DNA from: Chrysomallon squamiferum
Lineage: Eukaryota; Animalia; Mollusca
Assembly (NCBI GenBank): GCA_012295275.1
Contig: CM022667.1
Span: 1,860,001 to 1,924,000, forward strand
Direction: 5' to 3'
DNA: 64,000 bases
Of the stretch, positions 27,581 through 42,110 are shown in pieces. The notes beneath the pieces are model-generated. The model did no database searches. It had not been told where the DNA came from and was given only the letters and a program-made list of their open reading frames with translations. The translations under genes and the position numbers were made by a program. Each line of letters begins with the position of its first letter. The stretch's first letter is position 1.

Positions 27581-29121
27581 TACAAACAATATTGCTGGAA
27601 AGTAATGATCGCTCAAATTACTATATAAATTATTTTTAAAAGTAATGGACACTGATATCACTAAAGGTCACTGTAAAAGAACTGAAACAAATAATGAAAC
27701 AAATAATAATAAACTGCAAGTATTTTTAGTTCATCTAATGAAATTTAATGCCCATCACAGTCAAATTTCCACCGACGCGTTTACAAGGTGTCGCATTCAA
27801 ATGATTATTTGCAGAATTTACAACGTGCTATACATAAGAGAGGTTTGATTAAAAAATGTATAAAGTGTCATACTCAAATGGTTATTTGTAAAGATTTAAT
27901 ATTACAATTTTTTTTCTTTATAGCGAAATTGTGAGACTAAGGTAGTTTCCTTCATTTTCTTCTTTCATAAACCTTCCCATTACCAACATAATATGTTATT
28001 GTAGAGCAAAGTTCTTTGAAATATCAAGCTATTCAGCTGATGATAAAACTTATGAATATGGACAAATGAGTGATAATGATATGACTGGAAATAACGACTG
28101 GAGAATGGTCTGAAAGGATTATAAAGTGTTTTTCTTTTGATATTTTTATAAAATAAAATCCTTGAAGATATTCTCTGGTGCATTTAAAAAATATAGTTTT
28201 TCAGTATCTGATGGTTACTTTTAAAGTTCATAAAATTCATCATATTCTTACGTTCACTGATAATTATCTGGTTAACGGTTTTGCTTCTTTTCCTAGTTGA
28301 ATATTTATTAATTTAATTTATCGTGGAATAACGCAAAACCATTCAAAATTATATTAGCAATGCATATTGCAAAATGTTTATCGTATTATCATAGCGGGGA
28401 AAAACGCCTCACTTAGACATGCCATAAGCAGATTAAAATAACAGCAAAATAACCACGGTTAAAATAACCAAGGACAAAATATAATCACGGTTATAGTATG
28501 TAACAAAATACTGAATATTGCTTTGACTAACAAAACAATAATGACAGCCATTTTTTTTTTTTTAACAATTAACGTCATAATAATAAGAAAACACTTGGAA
28601 TAAATGCGAAAAATGGCGTAAAATGTTTTATATAATGGAAAAATAAATGTTCTGCTGCGGAATAACAAAATCATTTATTACTGTAATATTTAGTTTTTAC
28701 GTCTTGTGTTTTTTTTTTTTCGTCAAGTTTAACAGTATCGCTGTTACACTTTAAGTGTATCTCTTAACACGTGCATTAATTTTACATCAGCCAGGTTATT
28801 TCAGTGTGTTAATTTCCGATCAGGAGAGAATATGGACCCACTGTTATTTCCTTTTGTTTTATTTGTTTTATTTAGCGTGTTAAATTATTTGTAGAGTGTT
28901 TAACTATGTCAGTAGCAAAACCAGGTATTTAAGTAAAGTAAAGTAATGTTATTTATTAGTTGTAAACATAATTGTCTTCCGTTTTGTTGTTGTTGTTGTT
29001 GTTTTATTTGCCTATTTAGAACAGGTTATTCGGATCCTGATATCTACTTCAGTACTTGAAACGACAGATCTGTGGATTTCTACAACAATTAGATTATTGC
29101 GTTTTCTTGTCATCATTAGTT

Positions 29122-29127
<6 letters not shown>

Positions 29128-29196
<69 letters not shown>

Positions 29197-29399
29197 CTCT
29201 CTGTGTGTCTCTGTGTGTCTTTCATACTCTGTGCTTATTTCTGTTTTTCTCTCTCTCAATATATATCTGTCTCTCCTTCACTCTCTCTTTTTCTCTGGTT
29301 TTATTACGTAAATATCTTTGTATGTTTATATCTCTGTCTCTCTCTTGGTTTCTCTCTCTCTCTCTCTTTCACTCTAGTTGTTTCTGTTTTTCTCTCTCG

Positions 29400-29481
<82 letters not shown>

Positions 29482-29551
29482 AAAGTATATATCTCTGTCT
29501 CTCTCTCTCTAGTTTTTTAAAGTATATATATCTCTGTCTCTCTCTCACTGA

Positions 29552-29627
<76 letters not shown>
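29128..29627. repeat. Compound (TC)n microsatellite region
   Basis: Three long perfect TC runs with degenerate pyrimidine-rich linkers. Confidence 0.97.
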
Positions 29628-29631
<4 letters not shown>

Positions 29632-30784
29632 ATGTTTTTTTCTCTCTCTTTGTCACTTGCACCGAAATGACACTGACCTAATTCCACTCTGCGAGGAGCT
29701 GGAGACACATTCTGAAGCGTGGTTGTTAAAGTGACTAACAACGACTCCATGATTCGCTGGAGGCTTTTTCTGCCTGTCATTTCAGTTCCGTCTCCTTCAG
29801 CTTTCTCCAAGACGCTGGCGACAGTTTTCAATATTAATAACAAAGTGAAGTCGTTTTCTGTCTGTTTTTTTCACTCGCACTGATTCTCGTTTGGTTTGAA
29901 ATATGACACAAACAATAAGCTATTCATAAATGTCGGCCATTACTATAATTATTCTACTTCGTTCTTGCATTTTAAAGAGCCAAATACTTTGTGTTCATAT
30001 ATATGCATATATATATATACACACACACATATATGCACACACACACAAACACACACATACACACATATATATATACATATATGCATTTATACACGCACAA
30101 ACAGATATATATACATTCGCTCAATAAATAAAGGAATAAAAGAAAGAAACAATGAAAAAAGAAGAAATCGGAGTTAACGATGGAAAAAATGAAAAAGTAA
30201 CAAATAAAATCTGAACAATAAAAAAAAAAAACAGTTTAAGGACATGAAAACCATTTTTATAGTATGTTTTGTTACATGTAAAAAAATAAAATGTTCACAT
30301 TTAATAAAAGGGAAAACAATTGCAAGAGCGAAAAAAAGAAAAAATAATAAGAATAAAAAGAGAAAATGTTTAACTAACTAATCAACTGACTAATAAAGTA
30401 AATAAATAAATAGTTAAACATATAAACAAATAAATAAAAGGTATTTAAGAAAAAAATAAAAATCTTAGCATTTTAAACCAAAACTCCTTACAGAATAACA
30501 AATAAAACAAATCAAACAAAATGAAATAACATAAAATGATATAAAATTATATAAATAAATAACTAAATAAGTAAGTAAGTAAGTAAGTAAATGAATAAGT
30601 GTATAAATAAAGTAGAATAGAAAAACAGCTAGCTAACTAAATAGACAGATAGAAAGATAGGTAGATAAAAAGACAGACAGATAGATAAATAAATAAAATA
30701 AAACAATAAAATAATTAAAATAATAAAATAAAATAAAACAACTATAAGAATAATAAAATAATAGAAAACTTTCTCAAAAAAATC

Positions 30785-30815
<31 letters not shown>

Positions 30816-31442
30816 GAATCAAAATTCCATTAAAAACTGCACGCTACAGTCTATGAACGAATGTCCAATAATTCATACAAGCTTCCATCACAGAACAGTT
30901 TACGTTTAACGTTAATCGTTTAACCAACAAACATCTTCTTACACGAGGTCAATTCAGTCCAGGAGACGCGTACGACGTTCTTACCGACATCACACACGTA
31001 ATTAGCAACGACGTTGACGATGTCGTCACGACTACTTGACACAGTGTTCAAGAAGAAGCCGCCAAACGGTATTGATCCCATCTCGTTATCCGTTTTCACC
31101 GCTTCCCTCTGCTTGTTGACGGCAAAAGCAGTGAGTGAAGCTAATCCTGATTGGAGGAGAGTTTGAGGGTTTTTGTCGAGTCTCGCTGGAGACCAATTCA
31201 AACTGAACTCACCATCTTAACCGGCTCTTGGAAGCCCTCGTGTGTGTGAGTTGTTTGAGTTACAAATCTATCCCATTTTTTTTTTCTTATTTTTTTTTCA
31301 TGGGGAAACTGATTGTGTAACGGGATTCGACGTCACTGGGTTGAGATTCAGTAACAGAAATTTTGGTACCTGTAAAGGATTATGTTCACGTAAAGGCATG
31401 ATTGAATATGTATATGTCTATATGTGTGTGTGTGTGTTTGTA

Positions 31443-31500
<58 letters not shown>

Positions 31501-32125
31501 ACCAATGGCTTAAGCACTAATAATATATTATTACGTACGTCAACCTCATTACGTAGCTTTTCATGTAGAACATATTTTTATCCATAAGCGGGCCCCGGAT
31601 CAGTTAATAAACGTTATTTTTCATTGGAAAATTAGCCGCGCCATTCAGAAAGTCTCGCTCACTGCATGCAGTTTTGCCCGTGACTGCTGTACGTCATAGT
31701 ACATTAAGTATCATACTTTGCTAATAATAAAGTATATTACAGCAACTTCCAAACGCAGACATTTCGTTTAGGAATATATAGCCTCACATCTGTGAGAAAA
31801 AAATGTTCAGGCACGCCTTTCATGGGCAAGATGACACAGACGAAAAGGCTACGGCTACAACTACGGGGACGGCTAGCGTGGATAATAAATGGAATTGCTG
31901 TCGTAGTTTGATGTAATGGCCATGTTAAATCACAGTTTTATTAAGAACAGGGAAGAAAAATAAATTCATCTTCTAGTAAAATTAATGAATTTTTGTATCC
32001 TTTTATATATCTACAGACAAAGGCGTCTACTAGTAATTTTTATCAATAAGTAATTTTATTTTGACCATAACATCATTACACATGTAAAGATATATTTATA
32101 TATATATTTATATATATGCACTCAT

Positions 32126-32176
<51 letters not shown>

Positions 32177-33385
32177 TACACACACACATACATATATAAT
32201 CATATTGTTTGATTTCCTGTTATTACTAATAGCACGTACACCAATAATAATAATATTAATAACACACACATACACAGAAACACACGTGTATATTTAAACA
32301 AACACATACTTTGTTCAACCAAGTGAATACCGTCTCCTTGTACATTAAATTGGCGACAGTATCAGAAATTTCTAGGTAAAATTTCTAAGCAATATTTAGG
32401 CCATTTAAAGTTAATTCAATGTTCATCGTTTTTTGTCATAAGTGTCTGATGTATATTTTTGGAGTCGAAGATGAAATCTTTTTATTCGCAAGCGATGATG
32501 ATGATGATGCTTGTTTTTGTAATCATGCATTAACTCTATATATTTATTTAAATTTTATTATTTCTGTATCTATGCGTTATTAGAATATTATTCTGTTTTG
32601 TTTTATTTTATTTCATTTTATTTTATTTTATTTCTTTTTAATTATCATAGTTTCTGCTTTTTTCTTTTATGTATATTCATTAATTTCATTTCATTTCATT
32701 TCATTTTATATATTTATATATATATCTCATTTTCATTCCTTCACTAAATACACCGACTCGCGATTTTTTTTTTCTCAGACTGTTTGACTCTTTAACTCAT
32801 CGCCAGAAACAAACAAACAGTTAATCTATGTCGCTACGAAACCAATATGTACGCAATGATTGGCTTTATTCGCCACCATTCGATAATAAATCATACCGAC
32901 CCCGACTGAACTCGTGATTACTCCTATCTTTGTCCAGCAGACGAAACCACTTTGCCTGCACGTCAAACCACTTTGCCTCTCGCTACCGGTCGTTGCCTTT
33001 CGTGCCGTTTCGTAGGCAGGGGTCACAGGAAGATATGTCGATTCAAATTAACCTCCGCGGCTCTCGTTAGTTTCTGACGTGTATTTTCTGTCCTGCGCTT
33101 TTGTTGATTCCTCTGTTGCTGGTGCTGTGACGGACACACACACACACATACACACACAGACAGACAGACAGAGAGAGAGCAGACTTCAAAGACACACACG
33201 AATATACAGGCATACAGACAGATACAGAAGCAGAGATATAAAAGAAGAAAAGAAAGTGAAAAAGAAAATAATAGTAATTGGTTAATGTCGTTGTTAGAAA
33301 GATGAAGAATCTAATTGTTGTTCATAACTGTTTTTTATGATAAGATATTGTTTATTTGTTTAACTACTATTGCTGCTACTACTGT

Positions 33386-33452
<67 letters not shown>

Positions 33453-33652
33453 GCTGCTGCTACTACTACTACTACTATTGACTATTATCTAGTTCTCTGG
33501 GAGGTGGCATGGGTTACATCAATGTATATGCATATATATATAATTTAAATGCAGAATGATCGTAGCAATGAATTTTTAAACGTTTTTTACAGTTAAATAA
33601 AAAAAATCTGTCTATCTGTATATCAGTCCTGTCTTTTATCTATCATGATTTT

Positions 33653-33653
<1 letters not shown>

Positions 33654-33701
<48 letters not shown>

Positions 33702-33756
33702 GATCGATCTATCTATCTCTTTTTACATGATTTTTACATTATCTGTCTATCTGTCC

Positions 33757-33800
<44 letters not shown>
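33654..33800. repeat. (ATCT)n microsatellite, two blocks
   Basis: Directly visible. Confidence 0.93.
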
Positions 33801-33802
<2 letters not shown>

Positions 33803-34013
33803 ATAAATGCATTTTTCCTTCTTCAAATTATCCAGTTGCTCATTAAACTGACATTTCGTTTTTCTCTGTCGCTTCATGCCTGTTTAGCGTATTTTGTAAA
33901 CTTCCCTCCAGTGTTCGCCTTGAAGAAATAGCTAAACAAATGTCAGGAATCTTTCTTGAAATCAACAGTCTTAAACTGCTTCAAACACTTGATTAAAAAA
34001 AAAAGTTCAATAA

Positions 34014-34044
<31 letters not shown>

Positions 34045-35091
34045 AATGAAAAAGAAGAAAAAACTGAAAAAAAAAAAAATCTTTATTAGACTGGCTATGC
34101 TATTGTTATTGTTACTATTTTCTTTTTAACATAACCTAAGTTTCCTTTCTTTTTTTTTTATTCTGTTATTCTGAAAACAAATTTATGTTAAACATCATCA
34201 GATCTATCACATGCATTCCAACTGCCGTATTGCAAGAACAGTAACTCTGCCAATTTTCAAATGAAACCTGTTGATCGTAGAATTCTGTGGAAACTGGCAA
34301 CATCAGTTTATGTACCAAACCAATTTATAAATAATTCCTTCTCTTTATTTATTATACAAACACAGACAGGTGTGTGTGTTTGTGCGTGCGTGTGTGTGTG
34401 TTGTTTGTATATATGTATGTATGTATACATGTATTTATCTACGAAGGTACTGTCTGCTTATGTTTGTAAGTGTATGTGCATGTTTGTTAATGTATTCGTA
34501 TATATGTGCGTCAGATTGATCGTAAATAATATATTTCATCTCCTTGTACTTATCTTTATTTATTTATTTATTTATTATAGCTGCGATAAATAATCAACAG
34601 ATTGCAGTTAGGATCTTTGTTACAGAAATAATGTATACATCAATAATTTAGAGATATTTATGAAACCGATCATGTGTTAGATAATCTACTTAGTTAAAGT
34701 TCTGAGCTGGCATAATTATTTATCTGCTTTCAGAGCGAATGTCATGCTCTCTATAAATAGTTTCATTCGTAATTTTACCCAGTAGTGGGCCTCTTAGTGA
34801 TACAGATGCTTTGACGTGTTAGGTCAAAGGTTAAGAAGGTCTATCATTATGACGTCATAACCGGTTTACATATAGTTTTCACGTGGCAACAAAACGATTT
34901 GTGTTTCTTCTGAATTGGCTTTGGATTACCGTTATTAATAAGTGTTTTTTTTTTTTTCCGATGGATTACCATGTTTTAGCCACATTTAATTCCAAAACGG
35001 TAAGTAAGGTTTGCTTTGTATTAGAAAAGAACTGCAGAAATGTACTTAGTTTTGCATTTTACCTTAAATATTGATGACATTTTGTTTATTG

Positions 35092-35133
<42 letters not shown>

Positions 35134-35470
35134 GGGGTGTATTCGCTGTTTGTAATATTACTGTAATTGTCATTGTTGTTATTGTTGTTATTATTGTTAC
35201 TGTTGTTATTATTCCCGTTTTTGTTTAATATCAATTTTATATAATCAGTATTAAAAGTAAACCACATTATATTATGATCATTTTATATTTGTCATGAATA
35301 AATGAATAAATACACAAATAAATAAATAAACAAATATAATTGTGTGTACATATATATGCATGCATATATACACATACCCAACCACACATACACACACATA
35401 AATATATATTTAGAGATACATATACATATCTTTTGTCTGTGTGTTTGTCTCTGCTGTTTTGTGTATGTTC

Positions 35471-35523
<53 letters not shown>

Positions 35524-36189
35524 AACTCGTACATTTCTTTGGTAATAATTTATATCTGTGTGTATTTCTCTTAGTAAAAGGAAAATTCTAAAAAAAAAAA
35601 AAATGTCCTCTGGGATAAATGTCAGTATTTATTTGATTAAAATGTGTATGAACAGATACCAGAAAATTGTATTTCTGTTTTGCAGAAAAGGCAGAATACA
35701 AATTGATAACAAAAAATGACAGAGATGTAACGGAAAAAAAAAAAAAAAATTCATTCATATCGATTCAACAAAACCTATCAGAATATTTCCGGTTTATATA
35801 TGTATTTTTTTAAATTATGAAATTAAATACTTTTTCTGTTATTATTATAATTTTATAATTCTGTTATGTTTAATACGATTTATATTTTAATATAAATTTT
35901 TTTTTGCAAAACAGAGAATATGCAGTTATGTTATAAATTTAAACTGTCTTATAGCTTATTATTTATAGAGCATAATTATGTTGTTAAGATATTAATCAAA
36001 ACTGCGTCCAAAACAGTTTAAGAAATTATATTTAATATTGACAGTATCTATGAGTGACTCTTCAGTAATTTTTCTGTGTTAAATAAATCAACATAGTCTT
36101 TTTAGTCCGTTCCAACTACTGACTGATCTTTATGATATCGTCCGTGATAATATTTATCTGTTTTTAAAAAAGTAATAACAAATAGTAAT

Positions 36190-36246
<57 letters not shown>

Positions 36247-36310
36247 TTGTGTAATAGACACTAGATCTCTATTCAAGTCCAATCAAACCTCATGTATATC
36301 AAACTGTTTC

Positions 36311-36366
<56 letters not shown>

Positions 36367-36450
36367 TAACGATAATAATAACAATAACAATAATAATAAT
36401 GATAATAATAATAATAATAATGATAATAATAATAATAATCATAATCATAA
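36311..36450. repeat. (AAT)n microsatellite
   Basis: Directly visible. Confidence 0.97.
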
Positions 36451-37109
36451 ATGAAAAATGATGATTATAAATAAATAAATAAGTAAATAAATTAAAACAA
36501 ACAAATAAATAAATAAATAAATAAATAAATAAAATAAAATTAAAAATAAACAAAATAAAATAATTCTATTATCTAACCACCCAATGACACAGATCTGATT
36601 TAAGTTTGTCAAGGTCACGCGGCGAAACAGCGACATCTAGCGGGTGTCGGTATTTCAAACGACAAGGAGCACAACTCTGTATTATCACGAGACTACGTGG
36701 AAAATCATTCGAGATTGCCGCTTCGTGAAACTGCTTCAGCTCTCGTTATAAATCGTTCTGTGAAATAATTTAACACAGGTCTCCCGTGTACGTGAAACCA
36801 GATTGATAAATGTGACGTGGCCGAGAACAATCTTAGTCGTGTCAATGTGATTCTGATGCAGCCATCATTTTTGACATGGTCCTGTGTGTTTCTGTTGTAT
36901 TGTTGCGTAAGATGTGTATAATTATATACGTGCATAAAAGAAGACGTTATATATATACTTGTTCACACACATGCGTGCGCGAACACATACATATATTCAC
37001 ACATCCACACAAACACATATACATACAAATATATATATATATATATATTATGCATATATTTTTGAGATGTATATATATGTATGTATGTATCTATGCATAC
37101 ATACGCGCA

Positions 37110-37153
<44 letters not shown>

Positions 37154-38089
37154 AAAATGGGTGTATGTATTAATGGATATATGTATGTATAAATGTATAT
37201 TCAATTAACAATGAGTAATAAATGTATAAATTACTCAAAAATTACTAATTTTCTTTAAAATGAAAATCATCTAAAACTTTCTCCGGGTCATTTCAGTTTG
37301 ACCTGATGTAGAGATTCGCGTTTCTTTTCAAGACGAATTAATCTCAATTTTTTAAAACCTGTATCTCTAAACGTAATTCCATTTAAACTTGCAGACAACA
37401 TCACGTTTTCTAAGATGTGTAACTCTAGTTTGACAAATCTATATTAATTAAATGTCGATAACAAATGAAAAAAACAACAACAACAACAAAAAAACAGAGA
37501 GAGATTTAAAACAAAGCAAAGCAAGCACGGTATTGTGTAATCTGTTTTCTTCGCTTGTTGTTGCTTGTTAATGATCATGTCACGTATAGCTAGCTAGCTT
37601 ATCGGAAACGAAAGAAAAAAATTATATGCTGAACAATAAATTTTATATGTAATTGTTATAATGTAACAAACATCTATAAACATCCTACGCAAGACTGTGT
37701 GTAGTGATATATAACGGATAAAAATAATAACAATAATATTTAAAAAAAAAATAATAAAAATGATTTAATTTTTAAAAAAAAAAAAAAATAGAAATAAAAA
37801 AAAAAAAAAAAAAAAAAACGAATTAAAAAAAAAAAAAAAAAAAGATGGAAAAAAAAAAAATGAAAAGTAGAATAAAAAATTCAATAAAAAAAGAGTAACA
37901 TAAAAAAAGAGAAAATAAAAAATAAAATATAAAATAAGAAAACCAATGCATCACCGTAATAATAAAAAAGTTCACGAGATGGAAATAAAGAAAAAAATTA
38001 CTGTTACCACTGTTAAAATAGTTATAATACATTCAGTAAAAGAAAAGTTGTATCGCAAGAGAGTATTAAAAACTAGTGTAATATAATAA

Positions 38090-38296
38090 ATACTACACTA
38101 CTGCATCAACTGTTACTAACTAATGTTAGTAATAGTACTGCTGCTACTACTACTACTACTAATCAAATACAATTACCACTGTTACCACTGTTACTGATCT
38201 GTTATTTCCACAACTACTGCTACTACTGCGCTAACTGCTACTACTACTATTACAACAACTACTACTACAACAACTACTACTACTGGGCTGCAACTT

Positions 38297-38328
<32 letters not shown>

Positions 38329-38977
38329 ACTACTACTACTACTACTACTACTATTACAACTACTACTACTACTACTGCTGCTGCTGTTGCTACTACTACT
38401 ACTAGTACTACTACTATTACAACAACTACTACTACTACTGCGGCTGCAACTGCTACTACTACTGCTGCTGCTACTACTACTACTATTACAACTGCTACTA
38501 CTACTGCTGCTGCTACTACTACTACTATTACAACAACTACTACTACTGCGGCTGCAACTTCTACTACTACTACTGCTGCTGCTGCTGCTACTACTACTAC
38601 TACTACTACTACTATTACAACAACTACTACTACTACCGCTGCTGCTGCTGCTACTACTACTACTACTACTACTACTATTACAACAACTACTACTACTACT
38701 ACCGCTGCTGCTGTTGCTACTACTACTACTACTACTACTACTATTACAACTTCTACTACTACTACCGCTGCTGCTGTTGCTACTACTACTACTAGTACTA
38801 CTACTATTACAACAACTACTACTACTACTGCGGCTGCAACTGCTACTACTACTGCTGCTGCTACTACTACTACTATTACAACTGCTACTACTACTGCTGC
38901 TGCTACTACTACTACTATTACAACAACTACTACTACTGCGGCTGCAACTTCTACTACTACTACCGCTGCTGCTGTTG

Positions 38978-39008
<31 letters not shown>

Positions 39009-39372
39009 AACAACAACTACTACTACTACTGCTGCTGCTGCTACTACTACTACTACTACTACTGCAACTACTACTACTACTACTGCAACTGCTACTACTA
39101 CTACTACTGCTGCTGCTACTACTACTACTATTACAACTACTACTACTACTACTGCGGCTGCAACTGCTACGACTACTACTACTTCTGCTGCTACTGCTAC
39201 TACTATTACTTATACTACTACTATTACTTCTATTTCTACTACTACTGCTGCTACTACTACTACTACTGTTGCTACTGCTACTACTGCTACTGCTACTACT
39301 GCTGCTACTATTACTACTACTACTACTAGTTCTTACTACTGCTTCTAATACAATGCTTTCTACTGCTACTAG
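38090..39372. repeat. ~1.3-kb compound (ACT/GCT/ACA)n trinucleotide array with an internal segmental duplication
   Basis: Continuous triplet repeat; 38381-38573 recurs identically at 38771-38963 (offset 390). Confidence 0.95.
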
Positions 39373-39420
39373 TTGATGTTTATTGCATAACGATGTTTCA
39401 TAATGATGTTTGTTACTGTT

Positions 39421-39421
<1 letters not shown>

Positions 39422-39499
<78 letters not shown>
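39422..39499. repeat. (AG)n microsatellite
   Basis: Perfect run. Confidence 0.98.
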
Positions 39500-39503
<4 letters not shown>

Positions 39504-40125
39504 ATCTCCTTAACGCTCTGGACTTTTAAACTAAAATATTTCATTATGCATTAAATAACACCCACAAAAATGCACACGCACACACAACACACACACACAC
39601 ACAATTATACCACACACAATATAATCAATAATATAACTGTACTAACAGTTTCAACTATTTTTATTGTCACGTTAAATCATAACGCTTGTATTTTTAATCT
39701 AACAAACTCAGAACATATTTTCACATTTTTTTCAAAACTCGTTCAGCGTCCAAACTGTCACACTCCACAAACAACAAGATGGCGGATTTTTAAACGAACT
39801 CGTTTTTAACGCAAGCCGGAAGATCTAAATCAATGAGATTAGGTGAAAACTATGAATATGAAAATTAAATTACTCTATAGCCGTACTTCGTCGATCACAA
39901 ATTAGACATCTAGTTTCTTCTTTCCGTGTTTTGTGTTAAGTAAATAGCGTAGTTAGAGATCTGCTGAATTTTAGTCTTGGCTTTCGTTACTGATTACGAA
40001 GTCAAAAGACAGAGGAGACGGGGTCATGCGGGTTAAGATTGCCTCGTTTTGACCTTTTGTACTATAACTGAAGAATTGTTTTGTGCTGCTTAACGTTTAT
40101 GGTTTACACAACTGTTTGTGATGTG

Positions 40126-40158
<33 letters not shown>

Positions 40159-41007
40159 TGTCTATATGTGTGTACATGTGTATGTATTTATTTATATAAA
40201 GTATTATATTCTGTAAATGTATGTATGGATGTATGTATCAATGTATGTATGTAAGTAAACGTATATATGTATATATGTGTGTGTATGTATGTATGTATTT
40301 GTGTATATGATTTCATGTATATGTGTTTCTCTATGTATGTATCTGTATGAATGTATGTATCTATGTTTGTTGTAGCTTTGTAGAAATTATTTAAAGAACG
40401 AAAGGTTCAAAGGTTCCTGTCTCTCTTAATATGTCTCTGTTTTTCTCTAATTTTATTTTGATTTGTCTTTATTTTATTGTGTCTTTTACAGCAGAACCCC
40501 GGCACCCCCCCACCAGAAGTACAAGGTTGACAAAAATAAATAAATAAATAAATTCATTTTAAAAAAACCCCACAAATAACTAATGAAATAAACTAAGGTT
40601 TAAAATAAATAAAGTTACGTAATTCCAAAACTGATTTATACAGTCCCATGATACTGCAAAGTTTTCAGTGAAAATCGTAATTTTATTTATATTTTTTTTA
40701 AATTGAATTAAAACTTCTTTTTTTTAAATCTTTTTTGCTCATAAAGGCTGATAATGGCTGAAATTAGTTATAGAGAGATAAAAAAGAGTTCTCAGTAATT
40801 AGATTTGGGTGTGTTTTACTAAAAAAAAGAGAATAAAATAAAATAAAATGAAATAAAATAATAAAAAATAAGTAAACAGTAATTTAATAATAATAATAAT
40901 AAAAAAATAATAAAAATTTCCTTTCATTGTCGACAGCTGGTATCTAGGGTTCATTGACCAGATATAATCTAACAACCTTGTGTTAAATAAAACCACAGCG
41001 ATAACAA

Positions 41008-41055
<48 letters not shown>

Positions 41056-41391
41056 GTATGTATATAAAGGGGAAAAGGAAAGAAAAAAAAAAAAAAAAAA
41101 GAATGAACGATAGAAACGATAGAAAAGAAAGAAAGAAAAAGACACTCTCGTAAAATCTAAACAAACACGACACTGCAATATACACACATTAAACACACAT
41201 ACTTACAGATATACATATACGCACAGTCACATTCATTAAACAAAAGAAGAAAAAAGAAACAAACAACCAAAAAAGCAAAACAAACAAAAAGACTACAAAC
41301 ATAAACAAAACAAACAAACGAATAAACAAACAAATATCCTAAAATTCAGCACACACACACGCACAAACACAGAAACATACACACACATAGA

Positions 41392-41436
<45 letters not shown>

Positions 41437-41649
41437 GTCTTTTAATAAGAATAAGGAAAGTGCGTTTTCTTAAACATTAATGAAATAAATATGCATAAAC
41501 AATTTTAGGCTTCTGAGCTAATAGATGAATTACACAATTTTACAAAGAACTACTTTAAAATAAATATTTCTTTCTTCAAGCAATTCATTCTTGTAAAACA
41601 AAAAAATGTATGTGTGTATGTTTTTCTTCTTTTCTTCTTTTTATTATTA

Positions 41650-42110
41650 TTAGTAGTTAGTATGGTACTAGAAGTAACAGTTGTAGTAGTGGAAGTAGTT
41701 ATAGAAATAGCAGTAGATGTGTGTGGGTGTTAGCAGTAATAGTAGTAATAATAGCAGTAGTAGTAGTGGTAATAATAGCAGTAGTTGTTGCAGTATTAGC
41801 AGTATGGTAATAATAGTTGTAATAGCAATAACAGTAGTAATAATAGTAGCAGTAGTAGCAGTAGCAGTATTAGGAGTAGTAGTAGTAGTAGTAGTAGTAG
41901 TAATAGCAGTAGTAGTAGCAGTAGTAGTAGTATATGTATTAATAATAGAAGTATCAGTGGCAGTAGTTGTAGTATCAGTAGTAGTAGTAGTTGTAGTATC
42001 AGTAGTAGTAGTAGTTGTAGTATCAGTAGTAGTAGTAGTTGTTGTAATAGCAGTAGTAGTAGTAGTATCAGTATCAATAATACTAGTAGCAGTTGTTGTA
42101 ATAGTAGTAC
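41650..42110. repeat. Degenerate (AGT)n region containing a 24-bp unit GTAGTTGTAGTATCAGTAGTAGTA repeated about 3 times
   Basis: Directly visible; the 24-bp unit lies at about 41962-42040. Confidence 0.9.

Noticed and set aside
29628-29843. Non-repetitive minus-strand ORF (KTVASVLEKAEGDG...) as an exon
   Set aside because: No credible minus-strand acceptor and no recognisable homology.
38387-39376. 329-aa poly-Leu ORF as a gene
   Set aside because: It is a translation of a CTA/CTG triplet repeat with a non-ATG start and no sequence complexity.
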